In this document: positions 10,574-19,734 of the stretch, piece after piece
Layout of the letters: each line of letters opens with the position of its first letter
Position numbering within the stretch: position 1 is the first letter of the stretch
Origin: a virus
Strand: one strand, 5' to 3'
Virus genome (UHGV): UHGV-1805288
DNA: 27,558 nt
The notes under the pieces: model-generated
Told to the model about the DNA's origin: nothing
Seen by the model: only the letters and a program-made list of their open reading frames with translations
Database searches by the model: none
Program-made: the position numbers and the translations under genes

Positions 10574-11673
10574 AAGACAATTCTTTCTTTAAATAATTGT
10601 AAAAATTTCTCTGGCCCTTCATCAATAGGACTAGCTTTATAGCTTGTTAACATATTCTTATCAAAAATAAATGAAATAATTACATCATTTTTAAACTTAC
10701 TTCTTATTTTAAGTAAATTATTTTTTAAATGCTTAAATTCTTTATCATCTATTTCTTGAAATTGTCTATCAAAAGCGATAATAATTTCTTCAGCTCCACA
10801 ATCCAAAAGCTCTTGAATTTGATAAACGGAGACCGCACTTCCGCAACAAGCAACTGAAATATTATTATTCCATCCAAAATAGCTCGCATATTTAAGAACT
10901 GACTTTTCTGATTCAAATATAATAGCTTTTTTCATAATTCCAATCACTCTTTTAGACCAATTTAATCCATATAGATTCATTCCAAGAGGGTGATTATAGA
11001 GAAGCTTATTAATGCGCAAAGGATAATATTTACCTCGATTTTCAGCTTCTTCTTGGCCCATTGTACGACCACGCAATCCTACAAATCGGTTATTAATATC
11101 ATAATGAGGAATCGTAATTGCATTATCTCCTGGATAAAATCCTATATGAGCATTGTCAATTACTAATTGAGAAATTTTTTCATCTAACCATGGCTATAAT
11201 TTTACTTTGTAATTAAATTTACTAAGAATATCAGAATTATATTCATTTAATATAACATGATTTTCTTTTACTTCTAATTCTTTAATATGAGAATATTTAG
11301 AAAATATTTTCCAATCTTCTAATTTTTCATCTTCGTCCTTTTGATATGAACCATTTAACCCAAATCGATGCGCAATCCACATAACCGCATCATTAAGGTC
11401 AAATTCTTTATCAAATTGGATTTTCATTACTTTAGTACATAACTCAAAAATATCAAATGAAGGGTCTTCACAACCAGTATAACAATGAAATAAATCAGTA
11501 TTTGTATAATAATATAATTTACGAGAACCAATACCAGGTAAATTATGACAAATTGTTGCGGAAACGACCCCGAATGAAGTGTATTGAGGGTCGCCTCCCC
11601 AGTCATTCAATAAATCATAAATATTTTCAATCGTTAATGATTTTCTAATTTCTGACTTATCGAATACTAACAT
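10570..11673 (-). CDS. DNA primase (N-terminal zinc-binding region plus TOPRIM domain)
   Basis: Track ORFs 11194..11673 and 10570..11076 share a frame and are joined through the single TAG at 11194..11196. N-terminus FHCYTGCEDPSFDIFELC is zinc-finger-like; TOPRIM-like IIFESEKSVLKYAS and IIIAFDRQFQEIDD. ATG 11673; stop TGA 10570..10572. Confidence 0.6.
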
Positions 11674-11840
11674 TAATAAATCAACACTCTCTCACAATTG
11701 TAAAGAAGGCCGCATTGTTCATTAACATAATCACAAAGAACCTTTTGAGGATTACTTGCAGCTCTCTTGCCAGCCATCTTCAAAATTTCATTAGCCATCT
11801 TCTCAGGCATCTTATATTCAATACTTCCACACTTTTTCAT
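11673..11840 (-). CDS. small Cys-containing hypothetical protein (55 aa)
   Basis: ATG 11840..11838 with AAAAGGAG upstream. Translation MKKCGSIEYKMPEKMANEILKMAGKRAASNPQKVLCDYVNEQCGLLYNCERVLIY. Stop TAA overlaps the primase ATG (TAATG). Confidence 0.45.
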   Translation of the reverse strand: MKKCGSIEYKMPEKMANEILKMAGKRAASNPQKVLCDYVNEQCGLLYNCERVLIY

Positions 11841-11862
11841 AATTTATCTCCTTTTTATCAAG

Positions 11863-12135
11863 TTAAAAAGCGCTTTCTTCTTCTTGTAATCTAATTTTTA
11901 CATCATCAATTGGAACTAATTCGTATTGATAAGTAGTACAAAACAATGGTTTAATACGACAAGTGCCCAAATCTGCAGAACACCATAAATAAATACCTTT
12001 ATAACGTCCACGTCTATTTTTATAAACTGACATTTTAAGGTTTGGAGTAGCAAATACATTGGTATTTAATACTTTGTCTAATTTAACTAAATCATTATCA
12101 GTTACATTTAATAGAATTGCGCCATAATCTACTTT
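11863..12135 (-). CDS. dnaB: replicative DNA helicase DnaB-like, exon 2 (C-terminal 90 aa)
   Basis: Frame from 12135 reads KVDYGAILLNVTDNDLVKLDKVLNTNVFATPNLKMSVYKNRRGRYKGIYLW...EEESAF then TAA 11863..11865. It matches the DnaB C-terminal region (compare E. coli QDADLIMFIYRDE...IIGKQRNGPIGTVRL). Confidence 0.7.
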   Translation of the reverse strand, partial: KVDYGAILLNVTDNDLVKLDKVLNTNVFATPNLKMSVYKNRRGRYKGIYLWCSADLGTCRIKPLFCTTYQYELVPIDDVKIRLQEEESAF

Positions 12136-13315
12136 CTTTACTACCTTATATCTCTATAAGGAATAGACTATATCTTTACCATGCTTATTAAAATAAGTTT
12201 AGGTAGACCGTACTTCGAGATTAAATCTCTACTCTCCGCCACGAGATAGTCGTTGAACCTTGCTCTGTTCGAGCCTGGGCTGCGCTGGTTGCCTAATTCA
12301 TTTAATTTTTAAAACATTCACGCTTAGGTTTGTTTCATCCTTACGTTGTAGTTTAAATGACTCTAAAGGGTTTCCCGCAATTCTCGGTCTGATAATCACT
12401 TGACGTTTCCATCAAGGACGACTGTTTCCAAAATTTTATATAATTCATATTTTCTATCTAGATGAATTTTACAAGAATCGTATAGTTGTTTTAATATATA
12501 ATAAGGTTTATTAGTACCACCACAGCGAATATAATAACTATTTTTATTATCATTAGCATTACGTTTTTCTAATTTTACCTCCCAATTTAATATACTACAT
12601 ATCCATAATAATAATTCTTGGGTTCCTTGAATACTAATAGTAAAATTATTATATTGAGATGTTTTTGAAATACTTCCATCTCCATCAAAATATCCTAAAA
12701 TGAATGGTAAATAAAATTCTTCAGAAATAATGGGAGGTTTTAGTATTAAACTTTTTCTTGGTACAATTCCTTTATTACTTAAATCATTAGACATTTTTTT
12801 GCTATTAAGAGTTAAGCGAGCCATTGGAGTATTATTAGAATAACCCTCATTTATAATATACGAATTAATTTTAGCATTTGTATTACAAAACTTCTAAAAT
12901 TTTTTTAAATGGGAAATATCTTTCTAATTGATATTAATTATAATTGAAGCATTATGTTCTCTTACATAATTACATCCATCAGCAGCCAAAAATCCTAGCC
13001 AATAAGCTTTTTCAGATGTATCAATTATTTCAAAAATATCATAATTTCCATTATATTTCTATGTGCGTTCTCGTAAAATAATATTTTCTTTATTTTCATC
13101 TAAAATACGTTTAATAGTTTTACGAGAAACCTAATAATAATCTCCAAGTTTTTGCTATGTCCAATTATTATTATATTTAGTTAATATATCATTAATTTGT
13201 TCTTGTGAAAATTCAATTTTTCTCATAGTTATCGCTCCTGTAATAGATTAAGGGATTATCCTCTAATCTATTTAAAAAACGATATAAATGAATTATAAAA
13301 TTTTGTCCAATCAGC
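12136..13315 (-). mobile_element. group I intron in dnaB, carrying a LAGLIDADG homing endonuclease ORF
   Basis: P-like AAUUGCGGGAAACCC (rc of 12368..12382). R-like CAACGACUAUCUCG (rc of 12242..12255) pairs with S-like AAGAUAUAGUC (rc of 12166..12176) as P7 GACUAU/AUAGUC. P9 hairpin CCUUAUA-GAGA-UAUAAGG (12144..12161). Candidate omega-G at 12136. Junction placed where exon 1 ...LRGAKSI joins exon 2 KVDYGAILL... to recreate the DnaB LRxSGSIEQDADL region. The 5' splice site is the least certain part (P1 lacks a U-G pair); boundaries could shift a few nt. Confidence 0.65.
12396..13226 (-). CDS. intron-encoded LAGLIDADG homing endonuclease (two motifs)
   Basis: ATG 13226..13224 with AGGAG upstream. 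Translation contains KAYWLGFLAADGCNYV and LPFILGYFDGDGSISK. Five in-frame TAG (13155, 13131, 13059, 12924, 12894); stop TGA 12396..12398. Track ORF 12396..12824 is its C-terminal piece. Confidence 0.85.
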
Positions 13316-14569
13316 AATAGATTTCGCTCCTCGCAATAAATTCTGGTCTGGAGTTTCTGAATCGACATATCCACCATTAAGCTGCGTTGCTGACATAATA
13401 AATATACCATATTGATTACATAAGTCTTTTAATTTTACAGATAACATAAATAGAATATTATCTTCACGGAGTTTAACTCCACCACTACGACGAGTAATTT
13501 CTTCAAGAATTTTCATACTTGTTTGAATATAATCAAAGAAAATATACTTTACATCATGGTCACGTAGAGCTTTTTTAATTTCATTCTCTACGTCCTATAA
13601 TGAAAAATCTGGTAGCTCTCGTAAATATAGAGGACTGTCTTTAATAATTTCCGCGGCCTTGTGAATACGTTCTTCTTCATCACCCTCATAAGTATTATTA
13701 AGAATATGTTCTTCATTTACATTAGCAAGAAACGCAAGCATCATAGTTTGCACTTCACTCTTATCTTGCTCTGTGGCGATAAATAAAACCGGTTCACTCA
13801 AACCATTATGAATCCATCCAAATGTTTCATCATAAATTTTATTACAAGCAATATAGCATGCATCTGCAACCATAGAACGAGTCTTACCAGTACCAGTAGC
13901 TGCGGACCGCAAATAAAATTTCTTTAATCGCGCACCACGAGTAATTGTATTTACCAATGGCCCATATAATGGACTTCCTGCTTCTGGATGTTCTTTAAGA
14001 TTATCTAATAGATCAAAGATTCCATCACCCGCTTGAATGGCCGCACCATCTACATTTTTTACATATTCATACTTAACTTCTTCAATTCTATCATCTACTA
14101 ATTGCGCTAAATGTTCTAATGAAGAGTTATCAAGATTATCTTCTTGCTTTTGTTTTTTTTCTACATCAAGAATATTATCAGGGTCATAAATAAATGATAC
14201 GTCAATACCATATTTATCATAAGCCCGTAACAATGACATTTTTTTCAAACGATTATAATAATAATCAAATGATAATAATTTAGCATTTTCAGAAACTTTC
14301 ATTAACCATTCTTCGCCTTTATTAGCATTAAAAATGCCTTCATATTTAGGGCGAGTAGATAAAAAATCAAGAATATTTTCTAATGAAACTTTCTCAGCGC
14401 CCAATTCATGAAGTTTATAAATAGCGCCAAAAACAATACGATGAAAATCATCATTAAAATCTTCATCAGTAATTACATATTTATCTGTATAATCCAATAG
14501 CTGGGGTGTGTTATATACACACCCTATAACTTGGGTGACAGCGGTAGAATCTACATATTTACTTCCCAT
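13316..14569 (-). CDS. dnaB: replicative DNA helicase DnaB-like, exon 1
   Basis: Track ORFs 13595..14593 and 13268..13516 share a frame, joined through TAG 13595..13597. Walker A LRSAATGTGKTRSMVADACYIA; H2-like KYIFFDYIQTS; ATQLNGG...NLLRGAKSI. Start most likely the ATG at 14569 (MGSKYVD...) with GAGGAGG 9 nt upstream. Exon 1 + exon 2 = 1527 nt = 509 codons. Confidence 0.8.
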
Positions 14570-15134
14570 CCGCGGGCGCCTCCTCTTCATCAAGGAATGA
14601 AAATAATTTTCTGCGATATGGTTGTCGCTTTGGTAGAGGAATAACTATTTCTATTACTTTTGGAACGTATTGTTGAATTTCTTTATCTTCATTTACTTGA
14701 TGAGCTAACCATAAATCGTAATAATAATTATAACTATCTTTATAAATATAGGGCACAATACCAATTCCGCCATTAGATTTTTCGATAGAATTGCCTTTTA
14801 CTTCATAAAAATATTTTAATGCTTTTAAAATACCAGAATAAGTATATTTATATTCATTAACATATTGATTAATCTATTTGCGAATCCGCGGATTAAGATA
14901 TTCCACTTGAAATAATTTCATAATATATTTTTCTAATTTCTTTTTATCTTCTTCTTCCTATTGAGCTTGTTCAATAGATTTTTTTTCAGCGGCGAGTTTT
15001 TCTAAATATTCTGGCTAATATTCAGGATGTTCACAATTGGTATGTGCATATCTATTACTACGAGGTTTAATATATTGATAAACTTCAGTATCAAATGTTT
15101 GCTAACAATAAAGACATTTTACATTGTGTGCTAT
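14559..15134 (-). CDS. hypothetical protein with N-terminal C2HC zinc-finger-like motif, just upstream of and overlapping dnaB (position suggests a helicase accessory role); start codon unresolved
   Basis: Frame open from TAA at 15138..15140 to TAA at 14559..14561 apart from 5 in-frame TAG. Translation (I)AHNVKCLYC-TAG-QTFDTEVYQYIKPRSNRYAHTNCEHPEY...YIYKDSYNYYYDLW...EEAPADGK. No in-frame ATG/GTG/TTG lies between the upstream stop and the first Cys; ATA at 15134..15132 sits 7 nt after AAAGGAGGAA. Track ORF 14559..14756 is its C-terminus. Confidence 0.5.
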
Positions 15135-15157
15135 AAATTATTCCTCCTTTCTTATAT

Positions 15158-15186
15158 ATTATAACATATTTTTCAAAAAAAATCAA
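15158..15186 (-). promoter_or_regulatory. sigma70-type promoter (TTGATT-N17-TATAAT, TG-extended -10)
   Basis: Plus strand attata 15158..15163 and aatcaa 15181..15186, 17-nt spacer; minus strand reads ...TGTTATAAT. Lies immediately upstream of the zinc-finger/dnaB/primase gene string. Confidence 0.55.
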
Positions 15187-15218
15187 CCCAAAGCGATTTT
15201 AGGGTCGCTCTGGGTTGA
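15183..15218 (-). terminator. rho-independent terminator after the Sak4-like gene
   Basis: Arms tcaacccaaagcga / tcgctctgggttga (14 bp, one G-U), 8-nt loop, followed on the minus strand by U8 (rc of aaaaaaaa at 15173..15180). Confidence 0.65.
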
Positions 15219-15233
15219 TAAAATCTATTTTAA

Positions 15234-16232
15234 TTAACCCTTATTAAGTTGAGGAAGAAGGTCTTCCTTCATTTCAGTTACAATCAAGCTAATAAATTCA
15301 GCTTGATCCATGGTAGCATCAGAAACTTTCTTACCTTTACCCAAGTATTTATCAACAATTTGAGTAATACGAGGAGCAAAGAAATTAGGATTCTTATTCA
15401 TCATCTGACCAGTTAGCTCTTGGAACTCATTAATAAGAGCATCATAGTCATAAGATTTAGCGACCTCAGCAACTTCACGTTCATTAGTAACATACTTATT
15501 ATCGTGCATAGCGGCTTCCTTATCAATAGCATCATTAAGAGCCTTAACAAGATTATCATAAGTAAATTCAATCACAGGAGTAATATACTTAAAACGACAA
15601 CCAGTCTCAGCGCTATTGTCAGGAGAACGAAGAACAAGTCTCACCTTAGCTTCACCATTCTCAGTATACTTTTCAGCATAAGCATAAATGTCAGCCATGT
15701 CCTTAGCAATGTTATTATAAGAAGTAGGACAAGTAGGAACAATTTGGTTATACTCAATACCATTCTTATTCTTAAAGGTCTTATCCTTAGAGTGAGAAAT
15801 AAAAACAACAGCATAACCAAGTTGAGTAATTGTGCGGAAAGTCTCTTCAAATTCCTTCTTTACTAAAGTCCAACCTTGACCATAAGGAATACCAGAAAGC
15901 GCATCTACACCATTCTATGAACAAATATATTTCTCACAAAGACCGCCAGCAACATCAACAGTATCAACTGCAATAGACTTAAATCTCTCTTTAACTTCTG
16001 GCTTTTTAAGTTCACGCAAAACCTGCTTCATTTCACCCCAGGTAGTAACATCCTGAGCAAAAACACCAGGCAAAGCATTATAACCTTTCTCAAACGCCAG
16101 AATCAGCGGACTTGGCATATGAGAAGCAAATGTAGTCTTACCACTTTTCTCAGCACCATAAACATAGGTAATATAACCAGAAAGGTCTCTACTAACTTTA
16201 TGGGGCTAAATAGACATTAAATCAATACCCAT
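15234..16232 (-). CDS. Sak4-like / AAA_24-type RecA-fold ATPase (recombination protein), tentative
   Basis: Track ORFs 15915..16118 and 15234..15698 share a frame; full frame open from ATG 16232 (GGAG upstream) with 2 in-frame TAG (16206, 15915). Walker A YVYGAEKSGKTTFA followed by ILAFEKGYNALPGV...VTTWGE...IAVDTVD. Confidence 0.5.
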
Positions 16233-16234
16233 TA

Positions 16235-16399
16235 TTAATTCTCCTTATTATTTTCATCATTAATTATAAAAGCTTCACATTGTTTTAATAAAATATCTAC
16301 TATTTCCTATTGTTTTATATCAAAAGCAATATCATTAAATAAATTTAATTTAGCACGTTGGCCCCTAATGGGGCCATCGTCTTCAAGTGGTAAATTCAT
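16235..16399 (-). CDS. possible small ORF (54 aa) between the SSB-like gene and the Sak4-like gene; may be non-coding
   Basis: ATG at 16399..16397 directly after a TAATAA double stop. Translation MNLPLEDDGPIRGQRAKLNLFNDIAFDIKQ-TAG-EIVD...; it contains the GC hairpin ggcccc-taat-ggggcc (16360..16375), so this may be a terminator rather than a gene. Confidence 0.2.
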
Positions 16400-16402
16400 T
16401 TA

Positions 16403-17341
16403 TTAGAAATTAAAGCCACCAGCTGCAGGAGCCGCAATATTACTCTGACGAGAAGCCTTATACTCATCTTGACGTTGTTTAATAGTAGCAAGATAAGTCT
16501 GACGCTCAGTCATGGCCTAATTAAGCTCAGCTGCAGTAATAAAGTTTTCATCATCCCAAGGATAAGGTTCCTTGGCACCACCAGTAATTACAAAATCCTT
16601 ACGAGTGCTCTGAACCTCACGAACACTATCATCACCAAAAGCGGACTCCTCACGCTCAATACGCTTAATCACTTCAGAAATCTGACGACCCCAAACCTTA
16701 GTGAAAACAGGCTCAGAGTTAGTAGCACCAAGTCCCTCATAATAAGCCATAGCGCCCTCAGAAGTCGCGCTAAATTCAACGGGGAGTAGAGCCTTACGGA
16801 AATCAAAAATAGCGCCACGCACAATAACCTTTTCAGGAAGATTGCGCTCCTCATTAGCATCAATATGAGAAACATTAGTAATAATCATATCACACTTAAA
16901 AGTATTACGCTGATCTTCGGTGACAAGTTCAGCAGGATTATTGATAATATGAACAAATCCACCCTCATTACGCTTAGTACTTACAAGCTCTTCCTTACCA
17001 TTACGATCAGAATAGAACTCATTAAGGCCAATAGCAGAATCAACACGAATAAGAGCAGCTTTATCAGCTCCATCCTTCATATAAGTGCCAATAGCTCCAT
17101 CAATAATATTGCGAAGAGTGCTATAAGTAGCATTAGCACTTCCCTTTGCAGTAGTCGCAGTTACATAAGTAAAATGAACCTACACAATATTAGTAACATT
17201 ATCATCAGTAGCAATACTAATTGTACCACTAATAAAAGGAGTACCAGGATTCTTAGAATTAGGACCACTTTCCTTGGCAGTCAAATCATGCTCGTAAAGA
17301 ATGCCTTCAATATGAGTTGTATTAGTAATTGTCTTCATCAT
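16403..17341 (-). CDS. hypothetical protein (313 aa); possibly an ssDNA-binding or annealing partner of the Sak4-like ATPase
   Basis: Track ORF 16517..17080 extends through TAG 16517 and TAG 17180 to ATG 17341 (AAGGAGA upstream) and stop TAA 16403..16405. Ends ...AAPAAGGFNF. No motif I can name with confidence; the function is a guess from gene neighbourhood only. Confidence 0.3.
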
Positions 17342-17416
17342 AATATTATATTTCTCCTTAAATTTAAATCAAATTAACTTCAATAAAATTTTCTAATTCT
17401 TAATTACTATATTTAT

Positions 17417-17445
17417 ATTATAAAATATTTTTTTAGAATTGTCAA
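17417..17445 (-). promoter_or_regulatory. sigma70-type promoter, perfect TTGACA-N17-TATAAT
   Basis: Plus strand attata 17417..17422 and tgtcaa 17440..17445, 17-nt spacer; about 75 nt upstream of the ATG at 17341. Confidence 0.6.
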
Positions 17446-17447
17446 AT

Positions 17448-18083
17448 TTAATTTACTAAAAACTCTCGCGCATATGGTAATGTTTCAATCCAATCACAAA
17501 ATGCTCGCCATTCAGGTAAGCGATGATCATGGCGCTATTTATAAATATTGCGCAAACAACGATAATTTGTAGTCATACGCGCGGTAAGTCTAAATCCAGC
17601 AGGATTAGAATAAAGAATTTCAAGATATCTACGTTTTGCTTCTTCTTGTAGCTAATTCCGTAGATTTTCATCTTCTGGACCAAGAGCTTCAATACGAGAA
17701 ATGAGATTGTTGTAATCATTTACCTTTTCTCGCATAATATCAATAATGCGCTTATCCACATATTCGATATACTATTGATCTAAATCAAACTTAGTAATGC
17801 GGTGCATTGTTGATTGAGAAGAAACAAATTCAAGGAATCTATATCGCTCAGCTTCTACCCATGCTTTATTAGTAAAACAAAGGTCAAAATTGACTCGAAT
17901 ACCAGTCAGAAACTAATGATGTGCGGTATTACCAGTTTTCGTAGCATTTACTAAACGAACACCACGCTAGATATCCTTATCTTCTATAGGACGCATTTCA
18001 GCTTTTGTACGCATAGGATAACCAGAAGCAATAATGCTTTCTTCAAGGTCATAAATTTTTACATTGGATACAATCTAATTCAT
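17448..18083 (-). CDS. thyX: possible flavin-dependent thymidylate synthase (ThyX-like), tentative
   Basis: ATG 18083 with GAGG 6 nt upstream; frame open to TAA 17448..17450 apart from 6 in-frame TAG. Weak resemblance to ThyX blocks: KAWVEAERYRFLEFVSSQSTMHR (compare RQWFRHRIASYNELSGRY) and TNYRCLRNIYKQRHDHRLPEW (compare [20 protein letters not shown]). Confidence 0.35.
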
Positions 18084-18090
18084 TTATACC

Positions 18091-19065
18091 TCACTTAATA
18101 CTATAACCAAATTCTTTAGCTTTAAAATAATTCTACCAATAATCTTCTCGTGTATCAAGCTCTTCACGAGAACATTCTTCGATTACTTCAAAACTAAAAT
18201 TTTCAACTCCAAGAGCTAACATAGCAGGATAAAGTTTATTGCGGGTTGGCGTTTCCGCTCCAATACCACGCTTGATATGCTACTTCCATCTTGCTGCCAG
18301 GTCAACAGCCTATCCTACATAGCACATTTGGTTATCAAGATTAGTAATCTTATAAATACCAGTATGAGTTCCTGAACCAATTACTCGACCAATTAAATCA
18401 GTTGTTGGTTTTTCATAATAACTTTTCCAAATAACTTTATTTAATGTTTCTTTATCGCGTAAATGAGGTTCAATTGACCGTAGTAGTTTAATTTCTTCAA
18501 TATCCACAGATGATAACTATAATTTATAAAAATTAGCTTGATTTTTAATTTCTTCAGTACGTTTAGCTGCTTCAATAGCCGCGTCAACTTCACGAGTTAA
18601 TTTAAAAATCTTATCATCTAAAACTTCTAATTCTCTTTGTTTCTCTTGGATTAAATTTACTAAATCTTCTGAGCAACCAGCCATCAAGTTTTTATAACTA
18701 GATTTATAATCTTGTTTAGCCTACTCATATTTACTTTCTTCTAGCTCTAAATCGTGTGCGATATTAGTTCTAGCTAATTCCATAGACTATTTAAAAAATA
18801 CTTCCGCTGATTGCTTGGCCTAGTTTTGTAATAGGTCTAGACTATTAGAAACTTCTTCTCTTTGAATCTTTAATGAACTTAACTCTTTTGTGAGAGTTTC
18901 TTTTTCATCAACTAGTTGTTTATTAAAATTGTATAACTAACGATTCTCTGTTTCGATTTTCTAATCGTATCGCTGTGTTAATTTTAATTTGGGGCGTAAA
19001 ATTAAATACATTAATACACATCCAAGAATTAATGCGATACTACCTACAATTAAATAAATAGTCAT
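18091..19065 (-). CDS. protein with N-terminal transmembrane helix, coiled-coil middle and C-terminal GIY-YIG-like nuclease domain (DUF4041/T5orf172-like architecture)
   Basis: ATG 19065; frame open to TGA 18091..18093 apart from 9 in-frame TAG. N-terminus MTIYLIVGSIALILGCVLMYLILRP is hydrophobic; middle is K/E-rich heptad-like; C-terminus THTGIYKITNLDNQMCYVG-TAG-AVDLAARWK...REDYW-TAG-NYF. Track ORF 18310..18507 is an internal piece. Confidence 0.5.
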
Positions 19066-19077
19066 ATCTAATAAAAT

Positions 19078-19097
19078 GGGGCAGATTACTCTGCCCC
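19078..19097 (-). terminator. terminator hairpin
   Basis: ggggcaga-ttac-tctgcccc (8-bp GC-rich stem) after the stop at 19118, followed on the minus strand by AUUUUAUUAGAU. Confidence 0.55.
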
Positions 19098-19117
19098 ATA
19101 ATTAATCTATGTTTAAA

Positions 19118-19387
19118 TTACTCAGCATCAGTGGCATCAGGGTCAAAAGCCATGCCAGCCTCGGTCAAGCTCAGAAGCTTGATGGGCTTGTGAGAACCAT
19201 CCTCAAGCTCCATCTCAGCGGGAGTGCGAATGCCAAGACCCTTGCGCTGAATAGCAGAGGTAAAAATACCATCAACAGAACGCTTCTCGAGACCGAGAGC
19301 AGCAGCAACATCAGCGGCGGTCACATCCTGACCCTAAACACTCTTCAAATATTCAAAAACCTTACGAGAATTTTCCTTCATAGCCAT
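19118..19387 (-). CDS. small winged-helix-like DNA-binding protein (89 aa), GC-rich gene
   Basis: Track ORF 19118..19324 extends through TAG 19334..19336 to ATG 19387. Translation MAMKENSRKVFEYLKSV-TAG-GQDVTAADVAAALGLEKRSVDGIFTSAIQRKGLGIRTP... Stop TAA 19118..19120. Base composition is visibly more GC-rich than the flanks. Confidence 0.45.
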
Positions 19388-19453
19388 AATAAATAAATCT
19401 CCTTAATAAAAATAAAATTTTAATTTTTAAGCATTTCTTTTGCTTATGTAAAC

Positions 19454-19482
19454 ATTATATCAAAAATTTTTTTATTTGTCAA
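19454..19482 (-). promoter_or_regulatory. sigma70-type promoter, perfect TTGACA-N17-TATAAT
   Basis: Plus strand attata 19454..19459 and tgtcaa 19477..19482, 17-nt spacer; the -35 overlaps the last codons of the upstream small gene. Confidence 0.6.
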
Positions 19483-19672
19483 GTGCTTTACCAAGAATGT
19501 CTTGAACCATTTCGTCAATGATAATAGTATCTTCCAAACAACTTACATGACTAGTTAAATCCATAATATCTAGCTCTGCTTGCCGGATTTTTGACTTATC
19601 ATCACTAGTCTAAATGGTCAATTCAGCTTGAGCAATCTTCTTAGCTAAGTTCTTGAGTTCTTTCTTTTTCAT
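19472..19672 (-). CDS. small hypothetical protein (66 aa), coiled-coil-like
   Basis: ATG 19672..19670; translation MKKKELKNLAKKIAQAELTI-TAG-TSDDKSKIRQAELDIMDLTSHVSCLEDTIIIDEMVQDILGKALDK. Stop TAA 19472..19474. Confidence 0.4.
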
Positions 19673-19705
19673 CTAAAAAATTTCATCCTTAATTTTTACA
19701 AATAT

Positions 19706-19734
19706 ATTATATCACAAATTTTTTATTTTGTCAA
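19706..19734 (-). promoter_or_regulatory. sigma70-type promoter, perfect TTGACA-N17-TATAAT (TG-extended -10)
   Basis: Plus strand attata 19706..19711 and tgtcaa 19729..19734, 17-nt spacer; the -35 overlaps the ligase stop codon. Confidence 0.6.

Noticed and set aside
12230-12300. tRNA-like T-arm sequence (gttcgagcctgggc) as a possible suppressor tRNA
   Set aside because: It lies inside the dnaB intron and on the minus strand forms part of the paired elements upstream of P7. No acceptor stem or anticodon arm can be drawn, and no other intergenic region showed a cloverleaf by eye. A proper tRNA scan was not possible.
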